Part shown: in pieces, positions 48,966 to 63,950 of the stretch
How the letters are laid out: every line of letters starts with the position of its first letter
Position numbering within the stretch: position 1 is the first letter of the stretch
DNA from: Octopus sinensis
Lineage: Eukaryota
Assembly (NCBI RefSeq): GCF_006345805.1
Contig: NC_043013.1
Span: forward strand, 28,148,001-28,212,000
DNA length: 64,000 bases
Reading direction: 5' to 3'
The notes under the pieces: generated by a model
Seen by the model: only the letters and a program-made list of their open reading frames with translations
The model's database searches: none
What the model was told of the DNA's origin: nothing
Translations under genes and position numbers: made by a program

Positions 48966-50878
48966 TATAAGCTGTAAATTTGAAGATCAAGTTCACTGCA
49001 CAAAGAAGTAAGGTTATTATTGCATCAGTAATTCATTACAGAAGCACAAGACATCAAACTGATACAGTCAAATGAATAATAGTGTGATAGTCATGCTTTC
49101 TCTCAAGAACAATGATTGTTTCCAATTTAGACACAAGGCCGAGGCCAGCAATTTTAAGGAAACTGATTTAATCAATTCCAACAACTCTAGAATTTGACTG
49201 CTACTGGGTATGGGAGTGGAATGAAAGGCATAGTTGACCTTGGTGAGATTTGAACTCCAACATATGTAAAAAAAATCACGTTGTCATCATCTCTAATTCG
49301 GTTTACAGACAGAACAATTACCAATAGTGAACAGCATGTAGATACATGGTTTGTTTGCTTCAAGTTATGAGTTCAAATCTTTTAGAGAAGACAAGAGAAA
49401 AACTTTTCAAAATATCTTATCCTCCTTTCAACCACCACACACACAAAATATTTGGTGGTTTTTCTTAAATAACCCAATAAGTTGTGGAAGATTACTGCTT
49501 TCGTGAAAAGAGATTCGAGAATAAACATATCTAAGTCCTTGACATTACAGTTTGTATTACAGCACATAATGGAACTAAGTAGAGCTGAAAACCTTATTAT
49601 CTCATTTACAAACAATGTCTTTAACTCTGCAATTAGAGATGACTTTTGTCTAAAACAAAACAAACAAAAAAGGAGTACAGTAAAAGAAAAAGTCATGATA
49701 AAAGAAGAAATGTCAGAGACGAAAAGACTGCATGAATAACATAAAATCTTTTTCATTATCTTCTTAAATGGCCTTGATAATATCACATAATAAGAGTATT
49801 GTTCTAGTTTATTCCTAACAAGTTTGAATAAATTTCACTGTAATGAAGTTTTTTTTAACTTCTCTTTCCTCTAAAAAATTTGGAATGAAAAGGAAGGAAA
49901 CGGACAGAAAGAAATAACAAGAAAAAAATATAACACTTCCAAAAAAAATATACTTTGGACTGGATTGTAAATTTAAATCTAAATTTATAGGAGGTAGAGT
50001 TAGACAAATAAATCAACCACCATCATCCTGCTCAGGTTTACTTTCTGGTTACAGAAAAATGTGAATGAAAACAAGTAGAATCTGGCAAGGTTTGAACAGC
50101 AAAAAGGTGAAGTATGAAAGTAGATGTAAGAAAACACTCAGCACCGAAAAGAAATAAAATTCCTTCTCAAGTCATATAGACTCAGGATTGGCTTCCAAGT
50201 TTCCATGGCAAATGTATTCCCCACCTGGATGGGACACCAGTCCATCACAGGATTGTTTATTTTACCAACTGAGTGGACTGAAGCAACATAAAAATGAAGT
50301 GTTTGGTTTAAGAATAGCACACGTCACCCAGTTCAGGAATCAAAACCACAATCTTATGATCATTGGTCCAACAGCCTAACCATTAAGCCACATACCTCCA
50401 CCAGTAGAGAGTAATTATAACAAAAACTGCCAGAAATTTATGGTTCAGTTTTGAGCAAAATACAAATTCTAAAAACGTATTTTTCGCTATCAAATTTGTC
50501 TTTTAGTACTTCCATCTACATTACATTTTCACTGATCTATTTTGGGATCACCTTCAAATGCAATGTTTCCAATATATTCCCAGGCCTAGAGGCTAATGTG
50601 CTAAATATGCTTAATGAGACATTGACAATACTTCAAGAACTGTAGAATGGTTAAATCAATAAGGTTTAGTTTGCATTTCATCATCAGCTCTGCCTACACA
50701 GTGTCCACAAACAAGAACTTTCAGTTATCACTGATACAGTCCACCTAGATGTACGTAGATACTACAGGATGATGTAGTTACCAACTTGTGAGCAATAGCA
50801 ACACTAAAAATTAACAAGTACTGCTTTAGTGTATATTTCCAACCCATGCCAGCATGGAGCAGGAATGTTAAATGTTAA

Positions 50879-50913
<35 letters not shown>

Positions 50914-52079
50914 ATAATTCTGGGTTGAATTAATCTTGTTGGTATATCAGTAAAGAGCTGACTCTGTTCACAACTAGTATACCATGACAGTTTTGTGGTC
51001 TGTGATATAATTTTCCTGTTAACATACACACACACAAATACTGTTTGTCAGTGATAAAAGAAAAAAAAGAAACAATGAACTCAGTATTGTTGTAGAGTGC
51101 TTTTTTAATTAAATGCTATACTAGATTAGTTACTCATCCATTACCGTACAGTTTCACCAGTGAAACTCAACATTAATGCATGAATAACATATACACTTAA
51201 AACACGCATGCGTGCGCGATCATCTTTTAATGCTTGTTTTATGCTTCAACATAACATCCATTGCTTTTATCCAGTTTGTTTCTATTACTAATTGCTTGGG
51301 TATCTGTTTAGATATCTTAAACTACTGAATCTAAGTCTAAATAATTTTTATCAAAGCTTTCTGAGAACATCTTTTTTTTTAAAAAGAAAACATTTCTTTA
51401 TATTTTTCTTTCCTTTTTAGAATGCTATTCATATATATGTTGAGAAAACTATTAGGTTTTATGAAAAATTAAATTAGTTATCTAAAAAAACAAAATGCAA
51501 TATAATTTTGTTTTTCAATCATTTAGCCAAGAGATAAAGTAGTGTCCAAGACCCTTTACAGGGCCTCTGAAGTTGGTGGTAAGGTGGAAGGAAAGCATCC
51601 TCAGATTGGGAGCCGGGCTTAAATGTTTACAAAAGGTTAGACTCTTCTGAAGGCATCCAAGGTGCCAGATGATGATGTTAAATCAAATAATGAATTAAAT
51701 CTATCTCCCAAGACAGCCATAGCAGGATTTGAACTCAAAATACAAAGAGCCAGAACCAATACTGCAAGGTTTCTGGTCAAACTTCCTTACAGTTCAACCA
51801 ATTCAACTAGTACTTTTGTTTTTTTTTTTTTTTCTTTCAACCCAACAAATGCATGAAAGGCAAAGTTGACCTAAGCAAAATTTGAACTCAGAGCACAGAG
51901 AAGGCCAAAACAAATACTGCGAGATGTTCTATCTGATGTTGTAACAACTCAATTAAGTCAGTTAAAATACAAAAGGAGAAAGTGCTGAAACATATTGGTA
52001 GGCAGCAACACAATTTGAGACATGAATGACTATGAAAGTGTGAAGAAAATATGTGTGAATACTGACTAAACACACATGG

Positions 52080-52590
52080 AGGAAAACTTTTCTTTTATCT
52101 TTTACTTGTGTCAGACATTGAACTATGGCCATAATGGGGCATCGCCTTGAAAGGTTTTAGTCAAACAGATCAACTCCAGTACTTATAAAGTCTTGTACTT
52201 ATTCTAGAGGTCTCTGTTTTACCAAATTGCTAAGTTACAAGGATGTAAACAAACCAACACCAGTTGTCAAACAACGATGGGGGACAAAAACACATAGATA
52301 AATGCAGATAGATAGATAGATAAATAGACAGACAGACAGATAGATAGATATAAGTAGATAGATAGGTAGATAGATAGATAGATTGATAGATAGATAGATG
52401 ACAGGTTTCTTTCAGTAGATAGTAAAAAACACACACACACACACACAACAGGCTTCTTTTAGTTTCTATCTACTAAATCCAATCACAAGGTTTTGATCAC
52501 CTTGGGGCCGTAGTAGAAGACACCTGCTTAAAGCGCCAAACAATGGGACTGAACCTGGAACTATGTGGTTGAGAAGCAAACCTCTCACCA
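52080..52590 (-). mobile_element. Family-A-headed SINE with (GATA)n middle and variant tail
   Basis: Head at 52450-52590, tail at 52080-52290; paralogue at 55230-55600. Confidence 0.65.
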
Positions 52591-53580
52591 TTACTACACG
52601 GCCAGAAACGAAGTTTTAACAGAGAGACATAAACCGTAATTAATAGGATTATTTCTCAGTATGAATAAATTAGTAAAAGTGTCAAACAGCAGGTACAGTG
52701 ACCTAAGTCAGATTAAAGCACTTTCAAGGTACTTCGTTGAATCAACAACAAATAATAAAATGAATATGTCAAGCTGACCAAGTATTGCAATCCTTTGTGC
52801 ATTTTGTTCACATGGTAACTACCTATAAAACTTAGCTATCAACACAGGATTTGAGAGAGAGAGGGAGAGAGAAAGGGGCGGAGAAGAGAGGGAGAGAAAA
52901 AATTCTTTTGATCAGTAAACCACTAAGAAGCTTTGGAAAAACGCACACAGATAACACACATACATCCATATAAATCTCAAATACACATTATTACTATGTT
53001 TATAGAGCCAAACAAACAAACAAATAAAAAAAGCAAAAAAAAAAAACTCACATGCACACAGAAAGGCAAATAAGGATAAGAGAAAGAAATAATAATAATA
53101 ATAATAATAATAATAGATATAAAATACTCGCAGTATGCGTTAGTGACAAGCAGGATTTGTAGCGAGTGCATGCAATATGTCCGTTAGTGTTGTTTCCCTG
53201 TGCAGCTGTGCTGTGTGATATTTGTTTGATACATTCCGATGCAGCAGCAGCAACACTATGGAGTTTTGGTTTCAAACCACACATCTACCTCCTTCGTCCC
53301 CTTTTCAAAAACCCCTCCATCCCCTCCCCTCAAAAGGTGGGGACTGGATAGCTGACACTATAACCTCTACTAGTTAATTCTTGGAACCGTTATTTAACTA
53401 ATAAATACATCCTCCTCCTCCTCCCCACCACCACCACCACTCATGATTACAGATGTGTTAGCTTCAGTAATGGTTATTTACATTGAATAACTTGACCCAC
53501 TTTCAAAAGTTCCCATCCTGGTTGTGGTTAAAAAGATAAAAAGAAAAGATATACATATACATACATACATACATCAACAT

Positions 53581-53632
<52 letters not shown>

Positions 53633-54433
53633 ACTGAAGAAATAAAGAGTAACAATTCAGAGCTGGTAAATTTAAGTAAACTTAGTAGCCACAAACATCC
53701 TTCACTATATTGTGGTCGTTTCAAAAGGAACTATCTCACAGGTTTACACAATTTATGAGACTCTTCTCTTTATGTGACATTTTATTTTATTCTTCTTTCT
53801 TGTACTTGTTATTTATATGGTGTTAGTAGCTGACAAATACTAAACCTGTACATTAAATATATTAAATTTCACAAGTAATTTTACTGTCAAGTAGAGATGT
53901 ACTATTAATCAACAGTAAGAGAAGAAAATACTATTTACTTTTCAACACCTTTCTTCTGAAAGAAAAGAATGAAATTATAAATTAATTTTTGTATATAGTG
54001 TTTGCTTAAAAGACTGTTGAAGCTTCACAGGAGAGAATTACAGTTTGGAACATAAGCTTGTTTTAACTCATTAATTTAATTGCTTTATCACAATTAGAAA
54101 TACTGCAGAAATTCTCGCAGAAATTCTCATGTGAAACAATAATTTAGAAATATCCATGACACTGATTTCACGATAAATATTTCCTCCAAAGAATCTAGTT
54201 CAAGTTACAAAGTGATCGTCTCACTTCAAGGTAATTTGGAAGCCAGGGTTACACTGAAATCCTGGGATGCAGCATGGAGGATGTGAACTATTTAGGCAAA
54301 TGAACTTATTGAGTTGATGGCGAATGTCACTTGATGCTGAGTGAATGGACAACAAACTATCAACAGCCAAGATCAACCAGTTCAGTCAGTGAACTACTGC
54401 TTTCATCTGCAGCCATGGCCTGCATACATGAGA

Positions 54434-54479
54434 CATTCAGCTATTGAAAGACTGATATTGGTCTTTCAATAGCTGAATG
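54434..54479. other. Perfect 19-bp inverted repeat with 8-nt loop
   Basis: cattcagctattgaaagac-tgatattg-gtctttcaatagctgaatg. Confidence 0.9.
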
Positions 54480-54605
54480 CAAAAACTAATACTTACTTAT
54501 TGGTCTGGGCAAGTCACCCAATTGGATGATGAGGAAGAGGGGGAGGAAGCAAGCTAAGGTGAAAGAAAAAAAAAGGCAGTTGAAGTTTGTGAGTGTCCAC
54601 TTTGA

Positions 54606-54832
54606 CCCTTTTGCTACTATATTTATTTTGAGATGATCTGTGTTTCTTTCAATTACTTTAAATATAATAAAGAATTTAGTAAAATAACTTAGTTATCATT
54701 AAGCTAGTGTTAGGAACATAAATTGTGACTAAGGTTTGGTGGAAGATTTTAATTCAAAACTTCTGAAAACAAGACATTTGGACTACAGAGCCAGAGCCAG
54801 AGCCTGTTTCAGCCGGGTTGGTAACAAAAGGG
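54606..54832. mobile_element. piggyBac-like MITE
   Basis: TTGA|CCCTTTTGCTAC ... GTAACAAAAGGG|TTAA. Confidence 0.65.
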
Positions 54833-55229
54833 TTAAAAAGACTGTTTACATAAATATTGATATTATTTTGTGATCTTTTCACCATTCTCAGAAACATTTT
54901 TTTCACCCTGAGCCAATACTCCTACATGGTCATGAAACCTGCTAAAATTATCAACTAAATCTACCTCAAATTACACCCTACTATCCTTAAAAAATAGAAA
55001 TTATTCAGTAATGTAGTTCTAAAAATATTACCCTAAAAATGGTCAAAACTGCAGTACCTTTGACCACAGGTTTGCTTACTCAGAGCTAACCAGGATTTAA
55101 ACAACATTTTTCTTTACAACCCAATGAGGAAGTCCATATATGGTTGTTCAAGAAGCTAGAATTAATAAATAAATCTTCTTCAAATCTCACACCGCTGTCT
55201 TAAAAAATGAAAGACATATTGAATAAATA

Positions 55230-55600
55230 TTGTCCAAGATATATTACCTTGTGGCCATGCTGGGGCACCACCTTGAAGGGTTTAGCTGAACAAATAGACC
55301 CAAGTACTAATAAGTCAGGTAAATATTCCATCAGTGTCTTTTGTCAAACTGCTAAGTTATGTGGACGTAAACAAACCAACACTGGTTGTCAAGTAGTGGT
55401 GGGGACAGGCATAAACACAAAGATACACACATACATACAAATGATGGATTTCCACATAGTTTCCATCTACCAAATGCATTCACAAGGCATTGATTGCTCC
55501 AGGGCTATAACAGAAGGCATTTGCCAAAGTTGCTGTGTAGTGGGACTGAACCCAAAACTACATGGTTGCAAAGCAAGCTTCTTAGCCACACAGCCATGCC
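55230..55600 (-). mobile_element. Family-A-headed SINE with variant tail
   Basis: gtggccatgctggggcaccaccttgaagg tail; gtgggactgaacccaaaactacatgg...ttagccacacagccatgcc head. Confidence 0.7.
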
Positions 55601-56459
55601 AGTATCTATACGATGTCTAAAAAAAAATAAGACCGCAATACCTTTTATCATAGGTTTGCTGGTAATATGACCCAGGGTTAAACAAAAACATTTTCCATCA
55701 CACCAACAAAAAAGAAAAAAAATTTTAAATATACAACACGATGAGTACTGATTCTAATTAGCTATTAAGTATGAATGTGATAAAATCTGCAATATATTGT
55801 AAACTTTTATTTCAATTAATAAAATTAATTAAAAATATTTCTCTCCCCACTCCCTTTCAAAGACTTAATTAAAGATAAAAACTTTGAAAACTATCCGGAA
55901 AATTTTGAGTTTGACTTAATTTAAACCCTACATAGAATGTCCTAGTCTTTGTAGTAAGTCCCAGAGGTAGTTGAATATGCCTAGCAGTATTTATTTCAGC
56001 TTGTTGCATTTTGAGTTCAAATTTGACACAAGTCGACTTTGTCTTTCACTCTCCTGGGGTCAATAAATAAAGCATCAGTCCACAGCAGTGGTATGACAGA
56101 TTATTAAGAGTTTTGAATGGGATATCTTGCAATATTTGCTCCGGTTCTAAATTCCACTGTGGCCTACTTAGAAAGCAGACTTAATCTATCCTCCATTTCA
56201 ATACCACCACCTGGTCCATGGGTGCCTTCAATAGCATCCACTCTATTGAAAATGTTTAAGTCTCTGATTTGAAGATATTTTTCTCCCTTTCTCCCTTCCA
56301 CCAGTCTTGGAGGCACTTTAAAACAGCAGTCCCCACTCTTTGAAGCACCACAGACTGGTTTCATACAAGACAATTTTTTCATAATTCAAGGTAATGATAT
56401 ACATGGTATGGAGCTATGTAGAAAGAATAAATTGGATAAATTTTAAAATTTGAATCTTA

Positions 56460-57110
56460 TTATTTTGGTTTCAAATTTTGGCACAAGGCCAGCAAATTCA
56501 GGGAGGAGGATGAATCAGTTACATTGACCCCAGTGCTCAACTGGTACTTATTTTATGAACTCTGAAAGGAGGAAAGACAAAGTCAACCCCAGTGGCATTT
56601 GAATCCAGAACATAAAGACGGATGAGATTCTGCTGAGCATTTTGCCTGCTGTGCTAACAATTGTAACAGCTCAATGCTTTAGTTGTATTATATGTATTAG
56701 AATGTAACAATAGTGATTTCAAATTTTTGCACAAGGCCAGCAAATTTAGAGAGGGGAATAAGTTAGTTACACTGACCCCAGTGTTCAACTGGTACTTATT
56801 TTATCGACCCCGAAAGGATGAAAGGCAAAACTGACCTCAGAATGTAGAAGCAAACAAAATGCCACAAAGCATTTTGTCTGGTGTGCTAATTATTCTTTTC
56901 TACTCTGGACACAAGGCCCGAAATTTTTAAGGAGGGAGCCAGTCAATTAGATCAACCCTACTACGCAACTGGTACTTAATTTATTGACCTCAAAAGGATG
57001 AAAGGCAAAGTCGACCTCAGCGGAATCTGAACTCAGAACATAAAGACAGACGAAATACCACTAAGCATTTCACCCAGCATGCTAACGATTTTGCCAGCTT
57101 GCTGCTTAGT
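56460..57110 (-). mobile_element. Three tandem family C SINE copies
   Basis: ggcacaaggcc...ccccagtg..caactggtactt...aaaggatgaaaggcaaa repeated three times. Confidence 0.8.
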
Positions 57111-57164
57111 TGTATTATATATATATCACAAGGTAATAATATTAGAAATAAAGTGTATAATATA

Positions 57165-58612
57165 CAATGTGAAGGCACCATTCGAGTATGATCATTACCA
57201 GCATCGCCTTACTGGCACTTGAGCCCCATGCTAGTAGGGTGCTAAGAGCACCATCCGAGCATGATCATTGCCAGAGTGGCTAGCTGGCTTCCATGCCGGT
57301 GGCACGTAAAAGACACCATTCGAGCGTGATCGTTTCCAGCATCATCTTACTGGCACCTGTGCCGGTGGCATGTGTGAAAAGATTCAAGCGAAGTCGTTGC
57401 CAGTACCGCCTGACTGGCCCCCGTGCCGGTGGCACATAAAAGCACCCACTACACTCTCAGAGTGGTTGGCGTTAGGAAGGGCATCCAGCTGTAGAAACTC
57501 TGCCAGATCAAGATTGGAGCCTGGTCCAGCCATCTGGTTCGCCAGCCCTCAGCCAAATCGTCCAACCCAGGCTAGCATGGAAAGCAGACGTTAAACGATG
57601 ATGATGATGATGTACTGAAGAACAACCTCAGGACACTGAACTTTTCAGGCACTATGACAAAGGACTGAGATGCGTGGCACCTTGCTCTACTCAAAAAGAC
57701 CTGTACTTTGCAGCAGAAGTGTTAAGACTGGTCCCTCTGGTGATGTAAAGCACTTGTGGCAATACCACATAAAAGTGCCTGTGCAGTCCCACATGGAAGC
57801 ACCTGTGCATTGCCACATAAAAATGCCTGTGCGACACCACATAAAAGTGATACCATGTTAAAGCACCAGCGCAGTGTCACATAAAAGCACCCAGCACACT
57901 CTGTAAAGTGGTTGGTGTTAGGAAGGGCATCCAACAGTAGAAACCAGGCCAAATCAGACTAGAGCCTGGTGCAGCCCCATCAGCTTGCCAGCTCTGGTCA
58001 AACCGTCTAACCCATGCCAGCACGGACAACAGAAATTAAATGATGATGATAATGATGATTATGCATTTTAATGTGTTTTCTTAAATGATCCATGGCCTGG
58101 TACCAGTCTGCAGCCTGGTGGATGGGGCCCCTACTTTAAAGAATTGTTGGTACTGCTCTTACCTCCTGACTAAGCAAAGGAAAAAACAGTAAGCTCCCAG
58201 TCAACAGTCAGCACAACAAGCTGACATTGTTTTTAGGTCAGAAACTGTTATGTTGCATTTGTGACCTTACTTTCAAATTGGTGTCTTTAACTATTTTTCT
58301 TATTTTTATCTCTAATGTGTTTTAGAAAAGGCATGAATGCTCTAATTCCTTGTTTCCGTTTCCGCAGAAACATCAATAGAATCAATTATCAACAGTTGGA
58401 TATTTCTGATTAAATAAAGTCAAGTAAATTGCTCTATTGTAGTGAACAGAAACTCGCTATGGGGTGAGTGGACAACAAGAGAAATCTTCAGATGAAGAAC
58501 TCCAGCCAAAGAAGCATTTTCACCCATTAGTTCTCAATATTCTGAGGGAAACAGGCCCACCTAGGTAGTGACTCCTAAGTGCTCTGCTGTTATTGTACAT
58601 ATGTGTCAAATA

Positions 58613-58650
<38 letters not shown>

Positions 58651-59004
58651 ACATCAAAATAAAAAATCAAATGGAAATTGTAGTTAAGATACGCATGCCG
58701 GTGGCATGTAAAAAGTGCCATCCAAACGTGGCTGATGCCAGCGCCGCCTGACTGGCATCAGTGTCGGTAATACATAAAAAGCACCGACCAATTGTGGCCG
58801 TTTGCCAGCCTCCTCTGGCCCCTGTGCCGGTGGCACGTAAAAAGCACCCACTACACTCACGGAGTGGTTGGCGTTAGGAAGGGCATCCAGCTGTAGAAAC
58901 ACTGCCAGATCAGACTGGAGCCTGGCGCCGCCTCCTGGCCTCCCAGACCCCGGTCGAACCGTCCAACCCATGCTAGCATGGAAAACAGATGTTAAATGAT
59001 GATG

Positions 59005-59005
<1 letters not shown>
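57165..59005 (+). mobile_element. Three family B SINEs (57165-57612, 57670-58040, 58690-59005) with variable internal tandem repeats
   Basis: All end gtggttggcgttaggaagggcatccagctgtagaaac...agcatggaaa...gatgatgat. The 5' parts hold ggcacgtaaaaagcacc-type or caccattcgagcgtgatc-type repeats. Confidence 0.85.
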
Positions 59006-59035
<30 letters not shown>

Positions 59036-59739
59036 TATATGGTACATTATAACAAACACATGAGATAAGTGTAATATATACATGTTACACCATAAAAATT
59101 TCATACAATGGCTATAATGGCTACAATATTAAAAGGAAAAAAAGGACATGAATTCTAACTAGTTGTTTATCATTTTGCAGGCACACACACACACACACAC
59201 ACAAAACATACACACATACTCATTCATATTCCTGTTTCTGCCTTATCTACAAATCTATAGTGAATTTACCGAACACATGTTACAGAAGTTTATATTTTAT
59301 CCTGTTCGTGTTGACATGAAGAGGAGTTGAAGCAATTGTGATATGACAGCCTGACAATGAGGGAGTTACCATTTGTTTTTTAATCTCAACAGGACCCTCA
59401 TGTGAATTCTAGAGTTGAAGATAAAAAGAGGGAGTGTATAACATTTACTGATGTCTCCTAGGACAGTTTTTATTTTCAGAAGAAAAGAGTTACATCCTTT
59501 TAACTTGGCTTCATTTAGACTAGAAAATGATGACAGCTTAAAAAGGAAATATTGCAAATAAAGAAACACCATTTTAAGAGTACACAAAGCGGTTAGTCTA
59601 TGAAAGAAAAATCACATATTACATAGTACCTACCACATATTAACTAGGTTAAAAACCCCGTCAGTGTGATTATGGTTTATTGTGGCTCATACAGCTTTCA
59701 ATGCCATCTTTTAATTATTTCTTTTTTAACGAAATAGGA

Positions 59740-59900
59740 GACATGGCTGTGTGGTTAAGAAGCTTGCTTTGTAATCACATATTTCTGGTTCAATCCCACA
59801 GCATAGTATCATTGCCAAGTGTCTTCCATTATAGCCCCAGGCCAACCAATGGCTTGTGAGTGAATTTGGTAAATAGAATCTGTATAGAAGCCTATCATAT
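59740..59900 (+). mobile_element. SINE family A head, diverged
   Basis: atggctgtgtggttaagaagcttgc...ggttcaatccc...gccaagtgtcttcc. Confidence 0.65.
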
Positions 59901-60734
59901 ATGAGTGTGGGTGGGTTTTCAATGACGTGTGTGTGTGTGTGTGTGTAATATTGCTAAAATTACGAGAAAGAAATTTCAAATTCAACACTAAAGTTTCTCA
60001 ACTAAAATCAATCTCCATGGTTATTCCATGAATATGATCTGCATTGACTAAACCTGCTTTTAGCATTAAAAATATGCTTCAGTAGAATGTAGCATTTTGT
60101 GAAGAAGCATGTTGTTGCTAATCAGCCCTGACTGAGCGGACCTATGATCAAAATGCACTCTAACCATGGCCATTCCAACTTCTTCACTTTTATATATCAA
60201 GAACTACACTGTACAATGTATCTTTGTGTATTTAAGACTTGTATGGTGATGTGACTACAGTATGATTTGATGGCTATTTCTAGCGGGTCAAGTAACCATA
60301 CAGAGCCAGCCTTCCTGATGGACTTGCGAAGTGGCTTTGAATGTACAAGTGTAAATTTGTGACACAATGACAAAAATCGAAATTAAGGAATACAGAATTT
60401 CACACGAAGAAAAAGAACAATGATCAGCAATAATTATGGAAGACAACTTCCATAATTGATAAATTCCATGGTAATGTAGTACACTAACAAGATCAAAGCA
60501 GCTATACACACAACAATCAATAACAGTAGAATCAATCAATAGTCTAAGACCAATATCACTACTAAACTTAACTACATAATAATTGACTAAACAAATGTCC
60601 TTGAGGGGGTGAGTTTCTTTATGGATAAATATGTTGAACTCAGAGTAGTAAAAAAAGTCAGTAAATATAAGAAAGTCGGAATTCACTGAGGTTACCAATA
60701 ATTGTAAAGCCCTAGACACAATTACTCACTCTCT

Positions 60735-60829
<95 letters not shown>

Positions 60830-60954
60830 AAAGTATGGTGACTAAACTATCATCTAAATTACGTAAAAATGAAAATAACACTGACATCTCATTTTAACAG
60901 ATATATTTACCAAAATTTAATAAAAAATATCTTGGAATACGAAAGAGTAAATCT

Positions 60955-61652
60955 ATTCAATAAAATCCGCATTGGCTTCAACCATGACCACCAGACAACT
61001 TCAGAATCTCCTGCAACTCTGAATGGTCTCCTTGTTTAAGTGGGTGAATGCTACCATAATCCTTGCCTTCAATTCATCTTTGGTGTTTAGTTGGTCTCCC
61101 ACTTAACTGTGTGTCACACATAATAATCAAGGGGTTTGCAGTCTGGGGAGTTGGGTGGCCAGATGTTAGGGGTGATGTGGTCACAGAAATTGTCTGACAG
61201 CCAAAACTAGCTTTTGCTTGTGTGGCATGGTGCAGAGTAAAGTTGTCACACATAGGTTCTTCTAGAAGCCACCCTCTTGACCCAGGGCAGCACTACCTCT
61301 TCCAAGCACTTGATGTAGGCCTCTGTGTTGAGTCTGAGGCCATGTGGGAAGACGAATGGAGGCATAACATTGCCATCAGTAGTGATCACTCCAAACGCCA
61401 TGATGTTGACTGGATATTTGTTTTTATCACTCTTGGTACATGTTAGTATTGGTACATGCTCATATTGGAGCTTCCGGCACAAATGCCATTTCCAAATTTC
61501 TGGCAGAGTGAATTGTATCATAGTGCTATTTTTCTCACCGACGGTGCCCTACTGACTCTACTATACTGTGTAGTCAACAAAATCAAAAACACACAATGCA
61601 CATGCATGAAATTAAAGATATAAAATGGCAACAATTTACCCATCACACCCTG
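60955..61652 (-). mobile_element. Internally deleted Tc1/mariner (maT/DD37D-like) transposon: one TIR plus a decayed transposase C-terminus
   Basis: Minus-strand end TA|CAGGGTGTGATGGGTAAATTG at 61652. Translation PVNIMAFGVITTDGNVMPPFVFPHGLRLNTEAYIKCLEEVVLPWVK, then (frameshifted) WLSDNFCDHITPNIWPPNSPDCKPLDY...VEANADFIE*. Confidence 0.8.
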
Positions 61653-61683
61653 TATATATACATACATACATACATACATACAT

Positions 61684-61730
<47 letters not shown>

Positions 61731-63709
61731 TACATACATACATAGTCATCTAAGAATCCATCAGTCAAGAAAAAAAATGTCGATTGTATATTTGGCAGTA
61801 ACATTATTGCATTAATATTTATATAAACAGTTTTATAGATCCATTTCAGCCAATCCTACCTACATAAGTTTTTACATTCAAGGAGAATTGAGATGTGAAC
61901 CACAAAACTTTCTGGTAGATGTTTCTTTCCTTAATAGATAAACATTTCCCCCAAATGCATAAGTACAGAAAAATGTTAAGAGTTTCTTTTAGCTGTGTTC
62001 CTAGTAAAAAGTACTGGAGAAATGTAAGCCTTCAATGACTAAAGGTGTAGACTGCTTAGTAGAGAAAAGAATTATGTTACAGAACTCTGTTCACCCAGAT
62101 ATCTACCAAAACTCAAAGCAAAATTATCCAACCCTGCCCTCACTGGCAGAGATATGTACTTGAATATTGGCAGAATGCAATTAGTACAAATGTTAAAGCT
62201 TCCACCATCAGTACTTCCCATAACCACAATCTAGGGGTTCAGCATAAGGTGTGTCACACCCAGCTTAATGCAAAAATACACACACACACACGCATACATG
62301 TGATTTTAAGAGTAGCTCTTCCCCTTCCCCACTCCCCACTTCAGTAAACACACATCAACTCCATCCTGCCGACACCTCAACCTCAACCCTAATCTACAGG
62401 CATTTACTTCAAACACCATGATGGTGCTGTATTATTCTTATCCAACGAGCATGACTAGTAAACAAAAAATTTCCTCTCTAGGTTTTCCCCACAGGTTCTT
62501 TTCCATTCCAGATTTTTGATACCCACAAACCTTCCTACCAACCCCTCTGATGACTGTCGAGATTGGTTCCCCAAAATTGTCAAGTATGAAACTGATTGGT
62601 AATACAAGCTGAAATAGATCTATTAATCTGGATGGTATAAATATCAATATTATATATAATAAGTAGACAAAAATTGAAAAATAACAGGATATATTGCATG
62701 TTTAAACATTGATCAGTGAATGGAAAAGATGTGAATGATGACTGCAAAGTTTTGTTAATAAACAGAGATAAATTTATAAATGAATAATAACTTATATAGA
62801 TATATAAATAATATATGTAAATAATAATGTACAAATAAATAAAAACTGAATACTTTCATCATTTGTTTTAAAAAATAAAACCAAAATTACTTAGCAGTTT
62901 CTTGCGAAAAATTTGATATTCTGTCATGTAATATTCAATGTGGTATCCAATCAAAAATGTTTCGCTACACAATGGAAAACTAAAATGCTGACTGACAGAA
63001 TATCTCACCCTGAACAATAAAAATAATGGAATTGCTCAAAGTGGAGGATTATATGAAAGCATTATAGATTTACCAGATTAAGGAAATAAACAACAAAAGA
63101 CTCAAGAAATCTTCAAAAATATTCCAAAGAACTTAAACATTGCTAGCATTAGTATCCTTTTTTCTCTCTTTTTTTTTTCTAACATTGGAAAATACTTTCA
63201 GATAATATAAAGTTACCTGATGGCATTACTTTTTATTTTACTCAATATATAAGAAATACATAAATGATACTTCATGACTCTTTCCGCTATAAATTCTTCC
63301 AGCAAACCCAAAGGGCTTGATAGTAGTAGCTTTTTAGCTTTGGTTTCATGGCATTAAATAAATCTTCCTTTCAACAGGTTTCTGCTCTGATGCAGATAAC
63401 ACAGCCAGAAAGATATCATACCTATTCATAACATCTCAATAACCAGGAAAGGATAGAGGCAGAGGCACAACTCCATCCACCTACTAAAACTATATTATAA
63501 AAAAGGGAGAAAAAATGAAACAAAAATGAATGTGTGATAAAGTAACACATAACAAAACAATTACAATAGATCTGAACTGATGACATCCAAACTGGGAGCC
63601 TAATACCATATCACTTCTTTATGCAATGTGTATCATATATAAGGTCATGTTTGGGCAGTGTTTGAGATGGTCACAACCAAGAGATTGGGTCAGAGAGTAA
63701 GAATAAATA

Positions 63710-63950
63710 CTGGTTTCAAACTTTGGTACAAGGCTAACAATTTCAGAGGTAGGGATAAGATGATTACATCGACCCCAGTAGTCAGCTGGTACTTATTTTA
63801 TTGACCCCAAAAGGATGAAATGCAAAGATGAAAACTAAGTCTACCTCAGTGGAATTTGAACTCAAAACAGGAAAACAAACGAAGTGCCACTAAGCATTTT
63901 GCCTAGAGTAGTAACAATTCTGCCAGCTGGCCACCTCAGAATAAGAATAA
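63710..63950 (-). mobile_element. SINE family C
   Basis: ggtacaaggctaacaatttc...gaccccaaaaggatgaaa...ggaatttgaactcaaaa...ttctgccagctgg. Confidence 0.75.

Noticed and set aside
49382-49786. 134-aa and 85-aa overlapping ORFs in AT-rich sequence
   Set aside because: No recognisable motif or convincing splice sites; expected by chance.
60288-60719. 143-aa minus-strand ORF
   Set aside because: No domain signature and composition like the background; non-ATG start.
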